Source of the DNA: Candidatus Kapaibacterium thiocyanatum
Lineage (GTDB): Bacteria; Bacteroidota; Ignavibacteria; Kapaibacteriales; Kapaibacteriaceae
DNA length: 64,000 bases
NCBI GenBank assembly: GCA_001899175.1
Contig: MKVH01000024.1
Coordinates: forward strand, 883,127-947,126
Direction: 5' to 3'
Shown piece by piece: positions 17,640 to 26,368 of this stretch (its first letter is position 1; the number at the start of each line of letters is the position of its first letter). Made by a program: the position numbers and the translations under genes. The notes below the pieces were generated by a model. It saw nothing but the letters and a program-made list of their open reading frames with translations. It ran no database searches and had not been told where the DNA came from.

Positions 17640-20048
17640 TTACTTCGTCGTCTTCCTGGCGGCTTTCTTCGCAGCCGTCTTTTTCGCGGCCTTCTTCGCA
17701 GGTGTCTTCTTCGCTGCGGTTTTCTTCGCGACAGGGGCCTGTTCGGCCGTCTTCTTCGCCGCTGCCTTCTTCGGAGCCGGGGCCTGCTGGGCTGCGAGCT
17801 GCAGACATTCCTCGAGCGTCAGCGTGGCTGCATCCGTACCCTTCGGGATTCGCACGTTCTGCTTGCCCACGACGATATATGGTCCCCAGCGACCCTTGAG
17901 GATCTTCACCGTCGGATCTTCCGGAAACTCCTTGATGGTCCGCTCGGCCAGGGCGATACGCCGTGCTTCGATGATCTCGATGGCCCGCGTCTGCGTGACC
18001 GTGTGCGGGTCCTCGCCCTTCGGAATGGAATAGAAGGCGCCGTTGTGTTCGATGTAAGGACCGAAGCGACCGACCTTGACTTCCATCACGCTGCCTTCGA
18101 AATCGCCGACGGGCAGGGGGAACTTGAAGAGTTCGAGCGCCTCCTCGAGCGAGATGGTGTTGATGGACAACGTTCCCGGCAGGCCCTTCTGCCTCTTGTC
18201 GGGATCGTCGGCATCGCCGATCTGGGCCAGCGGACCGTAGCGTCCGAGGCGGACGTAGACGTTCTTGCCCGATTTGGGATCGATACCGATGTGACGTTCA
18301 CCGCTCTGCCGTTCGGCCGTGGCACTGGTGCGCTTGACCTCTTCCTCGAACGGTACGTAGAAGTCGCGGATCATATCGTTCCATCTGATATGACCCTGGG
18401 CGATCTCGTCGAATTGCTTCTCCACGTTGGCCGTGAAGTTGTAGTCCATGATGTCGTCGAAGTGCTTGGTAAGGAAGTCCGTCACCACGCCGCCGATATC
18501 GGTGGGGAAGAGCTTGGACTTCTCCGCGCCGGTGTTCTCGAGGTCGACGCGGCGCGTGATCTCGTCCTTGGCCAGCGTCAGCACGCGTACTTCGCGCTGG
18601 CGGCCGTCGCGGTCCTCCTTCACGACGTACTGCCGTGCCTGGATGGTGGAGATGGTGGGGGCATAGGTGGACGGCCGGCCGATACCGAGCTCTTCAAGCT
18701 TCTTCACGAGGCTCGCTTCCGTGTACCGTGCCGGAGGCCGTGCATAGCGTTCCTGCGCCTGCAGGGTCCTCAGACCGAGCATGTCGCCCACCGTCAGTGG
18801 AGGCAGCATCTTCGAATTCTCCTCGTCCTGTTCTTCGTCGGTCGATTCCAGGTAGACCTTCAGGAAACCGTCGAAGACCAGCACTTCGCCCGTCGCCGTC
18901 AGCGTTTCGGGCATCGTGGAGATGCTGATCGTGGCGATGGTGCGCTCGATACGGGCGTCGGCCATCTGGGAAGCGATGGCCCGCTTGTAGATGAGGTCGT
19001 ACAGCTTCTTGTGCGGATCGGATTCACCGGCCGTCCTGCGTGAGAAGTCCGTAGGCCGGATGGCCTCGTGCGCTTCCTGGGCGCTGGCGACCTTCGTGGT
19101 GAAGTTCTTCGGATTGCTGTAGTCGGCACCGAAGGAGGACCGTACCTCGTCGCGTGCCGCTCCGATGGCCAGCTCGGAGAGATTCACCGAGTCCGTACGC
19201 ATGTAGGTGATATGGCCGCCTTCGTAGAGATCCTGGGCCAGCTTCATCGTGCGGGACAGCGAGTATCCGAGCTTGCGGCTCGCTTCCTGCTGGAGCGTCG
19301 ACGTGGTGAAGGGAGCCGAAGGGCTCTTCTTCGCCGGCTTGGTCTCGAGGTTCGCGATCGAATAGACGGCGCCCTTGCAGCGTTCCAGGAAGGCCCGTGC
19401 CTCCTCTTCGGTATCGAAGCGCTTCGGCAGTTCGGCCGTCAGCGTCTTGCCGTTGACGTCGAATTCGGCCGTGATCTTGAACTGGCTGGTGGACGTGAAG
19501 TTCTGGATCTCGCGTTCCCGTTCCACGACGAGGCGTACGGCGACGGACTGGACGCGGCCGGCAGAGAGATTCTTCTGGATCTTCCTCCACAGCACCGGCG
19601 AGAGGCCGTAGCCAACCAGCCGGTCCAGAACGCGGCGTGCCTGCTGGGCGTCCACCAGGTTGCGGTCCACGTTCCGGGGATGCTCGATGGCCTTGAGGAT
19701 GGCGGGCTTGGTGATTTCATGGAAGACGATGCGGCGAGTCTTCGGGGCAGGGAGTTCCAGGGCTTCCGTGAGGTGCCAGGCGATGGCCTCGCCCTCACGG
19801 TCTTCGTCGCTCGCCAGCCAGACTGTTTCGGCCTGCTTCGCCATCTTCTTGAGGTCGGCGACGATTTTCTTCTTGTCCTCCGATATCTCGTATACGGGTT
19901 CGAAGTCGTGTTCGATGTCGATGGCCTTGTCGTTGCCCGGCAAGTCGCGGATGTGGCCCATGCAGGAAGTCACGGTGAAATCGTCCCCGAGATACTTCTG
20001 TATGGTCTTCGCCTTGGAGGGCGACTCGACGATCACAAGATTTTTCAT
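17640..20048 (-). CDS. topA: DNA topoisomerase I with a lysine/alanine-rich histone-like C-terminal tail
   Basis: TOPRIM N-terminus (MKNLVIVESPSKAKTIQKYLG) and several Zn-ribbon-like repeats. C-terminus AKKTAEQAPVAKKTAAKKTPAKKAAKKTAAKKAARKTTK. Confidence 0.95.
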   Translation of the reverse strand: MKNLVIVESPSKAKTIQKYLGDDFTVTSCMGHIRDLPGNDKAIDIEHDFEPVYEISEDKKKIVADLKKMAKQAETVWLASDEDREGEAIAWHLTEALELPAPKTRRIVFHEITKPAILKAIEHPRNVDRNLVDAQQARRVLDRLVGYGLSPVLWRKIQKNLSAGRVQSVAVRLVVEREREIQNFTSTSQFKITAEFDVNGKTLTAELPKRFDTEEEARAFLERCKGAVYSIANLETKPAKKSPSAPFTTSTLQQEASRKLGYSLSRTMKLAQDLYEGGHITYMRTDSVNLSELAIGAARDEVRSSFGADYSNPKNFTTKVASAQEAHEAIRPTDFSRRTAGESDPHKKLYDLIYKRAIASQMADARIERTIATISISTMPETLTATGEVLVFDGFLKVYLESTDEEQDEENSKMLPPLTVGDMLGLRTLQAQERYARPPARYTEASLVKKLEELGIGRPSTYAPTISTIQARQYVVKEDRDGRQREVRVLTLAKDEITRRVDLENTGAEKSKLFPTDIGGVVTDFLTKHFDDIMDYNFTANVEKQFDEIAQGHIRWNDMIRDFYVPFEEEVKRTSATAERQSGERHIGIDPKSGKNVYVRLGRYGPLAQIGDADDPDKRQKGLPGTLSINTISLEEALELFKFPLPVGDFEGSVMEVKVGRFGPYIEHNGAFYSIPKGEDPHTVTQTRAIEIIEARRIALAERTIKEFPEDPTVKILKGRWGPYIVVGKQNVRIPKGTDAATLTLEECLQLAAQQAPAPKKAAAKKTAEQAPVAKKTAAKKTPAKKAAKKTAAKKAARKTTK

Positions 20049-20191
20049 ACGTGTTGGTGTTGTGCGGCAGTCGGTATCGGAAACGGTGGTGCTCCGTGCA
20101 CCGACTCCGGTAGGGAGTCATACGTCCAACGTGACATGGTTGTGCCACGCGCGCGAAATAAAATCACGAAAAAAGTCGGGAATGCAAGACT

Positions 20192-20659
20192 TCATTCGCC
20201 CTTGTTGTACTCACAGTTCACCGGATCCTTGCAGACGGCGAAGATCTGGAGCGAGTGGCTGAGGGGCCTGAAGCCGAGTTCTTCGCTCACGCGCTGGCGG
20301 ATCTCGTCGATGGTTTTCTCCCGGAACTCCGTGATGCGGCCGCATTCGATGCAGATCAGGTGGTCGTGGTCCGGCATGCGGGAAGAAAGCTCGTAGTGCG
20401 CGCTGTCGCCCTGGAACCTGTGCTTCATCAGGATGTTGCACTTGGTGAGGAGGTCCAGGGTGGAATAGATGGTGGCCCGCGAGATGCGGTCGCCGTGCGT
20501 ATTCATGTATACGTAGAGCTCGTCGGCGCTGAAATGCCGGTCGAGTTCGGCGATCCGGTCGAGGACTTTATAGCGCTCCTGCGTGTTGCGGTACTTCTTC
20601 CGTTTCAGGAAGTCCGCGAACTGCTGCTTGAGCGTATCGAGGTCGGTGTGTTGTGCCAT
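20192..20659 (-). CDS. fur: Fur-family transcriptional regulator
   Basis: DNA-binding helix ...RNTQERYKVLDRIAELDRHFSADELY... and HHDHLICIECG metal site. ATG at 20659; the ORF track starts at TTG 20668. Confidence 0.85.
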   Translation of the reverse strand: MAQHTDLDTLKQQFADFLKRKKYRNTQERYKVLDRIAELDRHFSADELYVYMNTHGDRISRATIYSTLDLLTKCNILMKHRFQGDSAHYELSSRMPDHDHLICIECGRITEFREKTIDEIRQRVSEELGFRPLSHSLQIFAVCKDPVNCEYNKGE

Positions 20660-20766
20660 GGGACACAAATATAGTCGACGCCCGGCGAGAGGGCGTAAAC
20701 CCCTGACATTTCATTAATTTCGCGCCTCAATTTCTCACCACACCCTTCGAGGTAACGGAGTCGTAC

Positions 20767-22662
20767 ATGCGCAAGTGGCGTGCCGAAGATTCCATGGAAC
20801 TCTATAACGTATCCGGCTGGGGCATAGGATACTTCAGCATCAATGCACGGGGCAACGTCGTGGTCATGCCACGCAAGGCCAAGGGGTCCCAGATCGATCT
20901 GAAGGAGCTCGTCGACGAGCTGGCCCTGCGGGATGTGAGCGTTCCTGTCCTGTTGCGTTTCCCCGATATTCTCGACGACCGGATCGAGAAGATCTCCGGT
21001 TGCTTCCAGAAAGCCGCCGTCGAATACAACTACAGCGGCAACTACTATAGCGTCTATCCCATCAAGGTGAACCAGCAGCGGCCCGTCGTCGAGGAGCTGG
21101 TCCGTCACGGGAAGAAGTTCAATATCGGCCTCGAAGCAGGTTCCAAGCCGGAACTCCATGCCGTGCTGGCCATCATGGACAACCCCGAAGCCCTGATCAT
21201 CTGCAATGGCTACAAGGACGAGGAATTCATCGAGCTGGCGCTGCTGGCCCAGAAGATGGGCAAGCGCATCTTCATCGTGGTGGAGAAGCTGAACGAGCTG
21301 CGGCTGATCAAGTCCGTGGCCGAACGGGTGAAGGTGCGGCCGAACATCGGTATCCGCATCAAGCTGGCGGCGTCGGGTTCCGGCAAGTGGGAGGAATCCG
21401 GCGGAGACCATTCGAAGTTCGGGCTGAACGCCTCCGAACTGCTCGAAGCCGTGGACTATGCCCGCGAGAACTCACTGCTGGACTGCGTGAAACTGATCCA
21501 CTTCCACCTCGGCAGCCAGATCACCAACATCCGCAAGATCAAGGCCGGATTACGGGAAGTGTCCCAGTTCTACGTCCATATGATGCAGCTCGGCGCCAAC
21601 GTCCAGTTCGTGGACATCGGCGGGGGACTCGGTGTGGACTATGACGGTTCGCGCTCCTCCGTGTCGTCCAGCATCAACTATTCGATCCAGGAATACGCCA
21701 ACGATGCCATCGCCACGATGCAGGACGCCGCGACGAAGCACAACCTCCCGCATCCGAACATCATCACGGAGTCGGGCCGTGCCCTGACGGCGCACCACAG
21801 CGTCCTGATCTTCAACGTCCTCGAAACGACGAGCGTCCCGCGCTGGACGTCGAAGGACAGGGTGACGAAGAAGGACCACGACATCGTCCGAGAAATGCAT
21901 ACCATCATGCAATCCCTCAACAGCCGCACGATGCTGGAAGCCTGGCACGATGCGCAGCAGTTGCGGGAAGAGGCACTGGACCGGTTCTCGCTCGGACTCC
22001 TCGATCTCAAGTCCCGCGCCCTTACCGAAAAGCTGTACTGGTCGATGGCCCTGAAGATCAACGACATGTCGGCCGAGCTGAAGCAGGTGCCCGACGAGCT
22101 GCGTGCGTTGCCGAAGCTGCTCGCCGACAAGTACTTCTGTAACTTCTCGCTCTTCCAGTCGCTGCCGGACTCCTGGGCCATCGATCAACTGTTCCCGATC
22201 ATGCCCATCCATCGCCTCGTCGAGAAGCCGACACGGAACGCGACACTGCAGGACATCACCTGCGATTCGGACGGGAAGATCGATCACTTCATCGGTGTCC
22301 GCGACTTCTCCCATTCGCTCCCGCTGCACGAACTGCGGGAAGACGAGCCGTACTACATGGCCGTCTTCCTGGTGGGCGCCTATCAGGAAATCCTGGGTGA
22401 CCTCCACAATCTCTTCGGTGACACGAATGCCGTCCACATCGTCTGTACGGACAAGGGACACGAAGTCCAGCAGGTCATCGACGGCGAATCCGTGGCCGAC
22501 GTTCTCGACTACGTACAATTCAACGGCAAGAAACTCGTGCGCACGATGGAAGCGTGGGTGACGTCCTCGATCAAGGAGAAGCGGATCACCATGCAGGAAG
22601 GCAAGGAATTCCTCGCCATCTATCGTTCAGGCCTCTACGGATACACCTACCTTGAAGAATAA
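20767..22662 (+). CDS. speA: biosynthetic arginine decarboxylase
   Basis: Collinear with SpeA along the whole length: YPIKVNQQRPVVE, GLEAGSKPEL, HFHLGSQITNIRKIK, GGGLGVDYDGSRS, FGDTNAVHIV, C-terminal LYGYTYLEE. Confidence 0.9.
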   Translation: MRKWRAEDSMELYNVSGWGIGYFSINARGNVVVMPRKAKGSQIDLKELVDELALRDVSVPVLLRFPDILDDRIEKISGCFQKAAVEYNYSGNYYSVYPIKVNQQRPVVEELVRHGKKFNIGLEAGSKPELHAVLAIMDNPEALIICNGYKDEEFIELALLAQKMGKRIFIVVEKLNELRLIKSVAERVKVRPNIGIRIKLAASGSGKWEESGGDHSKFGLNASELLEAVDYARENSLLDCVKLIHFHLGSQITNIRKIKAGLREVSQFYVHMMQLGANVQFVDIGGGLGVDYDGSRSSVSSSINYSIQEYANDAIATMQDAATKHNLPHPNIITESGRALTAHHSVLIFNVLETTSVPRWTSKDRVTKKDHDIVREMHTIMQSLNSRTMLEAWHDAQQLREEALDRFSLGLLDLKSRALTEKLYWSMALKINDMSAELKQVPDELRALPKLLADKYFCNFSLFQSLPDSWAIDQLFPIMPIHRLVEKPTRNATLQDITCDSDGKIDHFIGVRDFSHSLPLHELREDEPYYMAVFLVGAYQEILGDLHNLFGDTNAVHIVCTDKGHEVQQVIDGESVADVLDYVQFNGKKLVRTMEAWVTSSIKEKRITMQEGKEFLAIYRSGLYGYTYLEE

Positions 22663-24760
22663 TCGACTCGTTGGCGTTCTGGCCGTCCTGTTCATGTGGA
22701 CAGGTGTGCTTTCATCCCAGGTTCTGCCCCTGTCCATGCGCGAGGACTTCGACGACAATCGCCGTGGGTGGGACGTGGGAACGAGGGATGGTGTGGGCGC
22801 CGAGGTGTCCGATGGCCGCTACAAGGTGGTCAAGAACAGTCCACGAGGAGAATGGTTCTTTCTCGTGGACGAATACATCAACTACGACCGTGACTTCGAT
22901 ATCTCGACGTCGTTCCGTGTGACGGGCGGCAGCCGGGATCATTCGGTGGGCATCGTATGGGGCGCGGTGAACGCCGAGAACGCCAACATCTTCTCGGTGT
23001 CCTCGGCAGGGAACTTCAAGGCCTGGCACGTCTACGGCCAGGCCATCGCCGATCTTTATCCGTGGAGCATGAGCGGCGAGATCAAGACCGACGGCAGCAC
23101 GAACGTCATGGAAGTCCGCAAGAGGGGATCGTGGATATCCCTCGTCGTTAACGGCTCCATCGTCGCCACCATCGAACCGCCGATGCCGTTCGGCGGAAAG
23201 ATCGGTTTCTCGCTGGGCCGCAGGATCGCCGCCGAGATCGACTACCTCGAAGTCCGGCAGGACAGTACGAGCATCAACCTCGCACCCGATCATCCCGTCA
23301 ACGTCGTCAAGGAAAGCCTCGGCACGCAGATCAACAGTCAGGGCGCGGATCTCTCGCCCGTCATCTCCGTCGATGGGAAGCGTCTGTGGTTCGGACGCTA
23401 TCCGCATCCCCAGAACATCGGCAATCCGGATGGCGAGGACGTGTGGTACAGCGACAGGAAGAAGGACGGATCGTGGGGTCCGGCAATCAATCCGGGTCCA
23501 CCGCTGAACAACGAGGGCGCCAACTTCATCATCAGCATCTCGCCCGACGGCAACACGGCCCTCGTCGGCAATACCTACTATCCCGACGGCCGGCCGAAGG
23601 GAACGGGCATCTCGATGGCCACCCGGACGGACAGTGGATGGACCGTGCCGGTGCCGGTGGAGATCGACAACTACTACAACCGCGACCGCTACGTCGAGAT
23701 GTCGCTCGACCCGAGCGGACGTGTCCTCGTCATGGCTGTCTCGCGGCGTGATGCGAACGGCCGCCGCGATCTCTACGTGAGCTTCCGCAAGGACAACGGC
23801 GGGTTCGGCGAACCGGTCAACATGGGGCCTGTCATCAACTCGTGGGGCAACGAGAATTCGCCGTTCATCGCCGCCGACGGCATGACGCTCTACTTCTCGA
23901 CGGATGGCTTCAAGGGCTATGGCGGCTCGGACATCTTCATGTCCCGCCGTCTGGACGATACATGGCGCTCATGGTCGATTCCGATGAATCTCGGTCCCGC
24001 CATCAATTCGAAGGAATGGGATGCCTACTACACCGTGCCAGCCAAGGGCGACTTCGCCTACCTGTGCGGCGTCGATCCGGTAACGAAGAGCGCGGACATC
24101 TTCCGTGTCAAGCTGACGGAGGGCGTACGCCCACGGCCCGTGGTACTCGTTACCGGCCGCGTGCTGGATGCCGTGACGAAGAAGCCGATCACCACGCAGG
24201 TGGTCTACGAAAGCCTTACCAAGCGCAGAACGACGGGCGACGCACGATCTTCACCAACGACGGGCGAGTTCACCATCTCACTGCCGTCCGGCGACCTGTA
24301 CGGATTCAGGGCCGAAGCGCCGGGATACTATCCCGTGAGCGAGCAGCTCGATACCAGGAAGCTGGGCTCGTATTCAGAACTGCGGCGGGACCTGCTGCTG
24401 GTACCCATCAATGCGGGTACGACGATCACGCTCAAGAACGTCTTCTTCGATTCGGGCAAATGGGATCTGCGCGAAGAGTCGCAACCCGAACTTGACCGGC
24501 TCGTGTCCTTCCTCAACAAGGATGCGGCCGTGCGGATCGAAGTGGCGGGATACACCGATAACGTCGGTAACGACGCCGACAACATCCTGCTGTCGCAGCA
24601 TCGTGTCGATGCCGTGAAGGCCTATCTGATCGACAAGGGTATCGCCGACGCACGGCTCAAGGCCGTTGGCTACGGCAAGGCCCGTCCCGTTGCCTCCAAC
24701 GCCTCGGAAGAGGGACGCCAGCGTAATCGTCGTGTGGAGTTCAAGATCGTCCGGAAGTGA
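22652..24760 (+). CDS. OmpA-family outer-membrane protein with an N-terminal lectin-like domain and a TolB-like (PD40) beta-propeller
   Basis: C-terminal OmpA_C (NVFFDSGKWDLREESQPELDRLV...HRVDAVKAYL). PD40-like repeats (SPDGNTALV, DPSGRVLVMAVS, ADGMTLYFSTD). TTG start at 22652 gives signal peptide KNNRLVGVLAVLFMW; first ATG is at 22694. Confidence 0.8.
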   Translation: MKNNRLVGVLAVLFMWTGVLSSQVLPLSMREDFDDNRRGWDVGTRDGVGAEVSDGRYKVVKNSPRGEWFFLVDEYINYDRDFDISTSFRVTGGSRDHSVGIVWGAVNAENANIFSVSSAGNFKAWHVYGQAIADLYPWSMSGEIKTDGSTNVMEVRKRGSWISLVVNGSIVATIEPPMPFGGKIGFSLGRRIAAEIDYLEVRQDSTSINLAPDHPVNVVKESLGTQINSQGADLSPVISVDGKRLWFGRYPHPQNIGNPDGEDVWYSDRKKDGSWGPAINPGPPLNNEGANFIISISPDGNTALVGNTYYPDGRPKGTGISMATRTDSGWTVPVPVEIDNYYNRDRYVEMSLDPSGRVLVMAVSRRDANGRRDLYVSFRKDNGGFGEPVNMGPVINSWGNENSPFIAADGMTLYFSTDGFKGYGGSDIFMSRRLDDTWRSWSIPMNLGPAINSKEWDAYYTVPAKGDFAYLCGVDPVTKSADIFRVKLTEGVRPRPVVLVTGRVLDAVTKKPITTQVVYESLTKRRTTGDARSSPTTGEFTISLPSGDLYGFRAEAPGYYPVSEQLDTRKLGSYSELRRDLLLVPINAGTTITLKNVFFDSGKWDLREESQPELDRLVSFLNKDAAVRIEVAGYTDNVGNDADNILLSQHRVDAVKAYLIDKGIADARLKAVGYGKARPVASNASEEGRQRNRRVEFKIVRK

Positions 24761-24769
24761 CGTCAGGGG

Positions 24770-26368
24770 TCACAGTTCTTCACCCGGAATCGACGGTCGT
24801 ACCATGATGACCGTCTCACGTTCGAGCGTCACTGCACCGACGTTCGCTCCCTTGGGTTTGCGGACGTACTTGCGCTGCGTGTAGACGACGGGCGTATAGG
24901 AGGCGTTGCGCGCGTGCGAGTAATAGGCGGCGATGGCCGCGGCCTGCTCGAGAATCTGTTTGGGAGGCTTCTCGCTGCCTCCGCCCCGCAGGATGGCATG
25001 GGAACCACTCACGCCACGGGCGTGGAACCACCAGTCGTTCTGCTTCGCGAACCGCATCGTGAGTTCGTCGTTGTTCGCGGCGCTCTTGCCGACGTAGAGC
25101 GTATAGACGTCATCGAGTCTGAACACGCGGTACTTGGCCGAGACATCGTCCGGCATGCCTTGATCGTTCTTCATCGAGCGTTGGATCCTTTCCAGTTCGT
25201 CGGGGTCTTCGGTCTGCCGTACGTGATCGAGCATGCGTTCGACGGACTGCAGCCGCTGCTCGAAGTTGGGGAGTCGCGCAGCACGTACGCGCGCTGCTTC
25301 GTCGGAGGCCTTGGCCTTGGCATAGAGCATGGTAGCGTTCTCGACGAGCGTCTTGCGGTCGTCGAGCGGAATCGTCAACGGTTCACCGTCCCATCCCTGC
25401 AGGTCGATCGTCGTCAGTCCTGTCTGTGTGGGATCGGACGTGGAGAGCAGGAGGTCCGCCCACAGTCGGTACGTCGACGCACGGTCCTGTGTGGCCGCAT
25501 CGCCCTGCATCCCGTCGATACTGCGGCGGAGTCGCGCGGCGGTCTTCGTCAGGTCCCGCTCCAGGACGGTGCGGGCCGAGACGCGTCGTACGGCGGAGCG
25601 TCGCATACCTGTCACACGACGGATGGCCGAGAGAATGTCGTGGTCCGTATCGACGATCGTATATCCGTTCAGGGGAAGCAGCGAGAGAAGGATGTCGTCA
25701 TGTCGTTCGAGGATGTGGAACGTCGTCGTTCGTCGCGCTTCGGCGATGAGGTGATCGGCTTCTGCACGAAGCCGCTTCGCGGAGTCCTGGTCCAGATCGC
25801 CGATGCGTATATCGGCATCGATGCCGCAACGGAAACAGACTTCCCGCGCATACTGCATGCCGAGATGGATATCCGAAGCACCGAGTGCTCTGGCCACGGT
25901 CGTCGTCGGTACGGCATCCACCAACGATACCGGCGCGTAGTGAGTGATGTTCAGGGGCTGGCCGATCACCTCGTTCTTCTTCCTCAGGGCGTCGACGACG
26001 ATGCCGTCCTTCGTTACGACGATGTTGCCGCTTCCACCTCCGTAGAGCAGGGCATGCAGTTGACAGTCCTCGAACCAGAGCGTGACGATGCGGTCATCGG
26101 GATGCTTCGTTGCCGTCGCGACGTGCCGTTCCATCAGTGCGGGGAAGAGATCGATCGTATTACGTCGTGCCCGTTGTGTGGTCGGACGCTCGGCGATGCA
26201 GCCGTACGCAGGATCGACGCCGATGACCAGCGTGCGCTCGGTCATGTCGTGGATCAACGTCAGGATGCACTGATACTTCTCCTGCGAATAGGCATCGGCC
26301 ACCATGGCGCCACGCAGGTTGGCGATGGCGGAAGCCACATGTTCGAGAGTGAGATGATGACGGATCAC
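24770..26368 (-). CDS. NFACT-family (FbpA/RqcH-like) protein with a DUF814 RNA-binding domain
   Basis: C-terminal DWWFHARGVSGSHAILRGG...AAIAAYYSHARN...VVYTQRKYVRKPKGANVGAVTL is an NFACT-R/DUF814 signature; N-terminus is NFACT-N-like. GTG start overlaps the upstream stop (GTGA). Confidence 0.75.
   Translation of the reverse strand: MIRHHLTLEHVASAIANLRGAMVADAYSQEKYQCILTLIHDMTERTLVIGVDPAYGCIAERPTTQRARRNTIDLFPALMERHVATATKHPDDRIVTLWFEDCQLHALLYGGGSGNIVVTKDGIVVDALRKKNEVIGQPLNITHYAPVSLVDAVPTTTVARALGASDIHLGMQYAREVCFRCGIDADIRIGDLDQDSAKRLRAEADHLIAEARRTTTFHILERHDDILLSLLPLNGYTIVDTDHDILSAIRRVTGMRRSAVRRVSARTVLERDLTKTAARLRRSIDGMQGDAATQDRASTYRLWADLLLSTSDPTQTGLTTIDLQGWDGEPLTIPLDDRKTLVENATMLYAKAKASDEAARVRAARLPNFEQRLQSVERMLDHVRQTEDPDELERIQRSMKNDQGMPDDVSAKYRVFRLDDVYTLYVGKSAANNDELTMRFAKQNDWWFHARGVSGSHAILRGGGSEKPPKQILEQAAAIAAYYSHARNASYTPVVYTQRKYVRKPKGANVGAVTLERETVIMVRPSIPGEEL

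Noticed and set aside
20669-20766. Possible Fur box in the fur/speA divergent region (gacatttcattaatttcg)
   Set aside because: AT-rich, but it does not form the expected 19-bp GATAATGATAATCATTATC-like dyad; I could not support a specific operator call.
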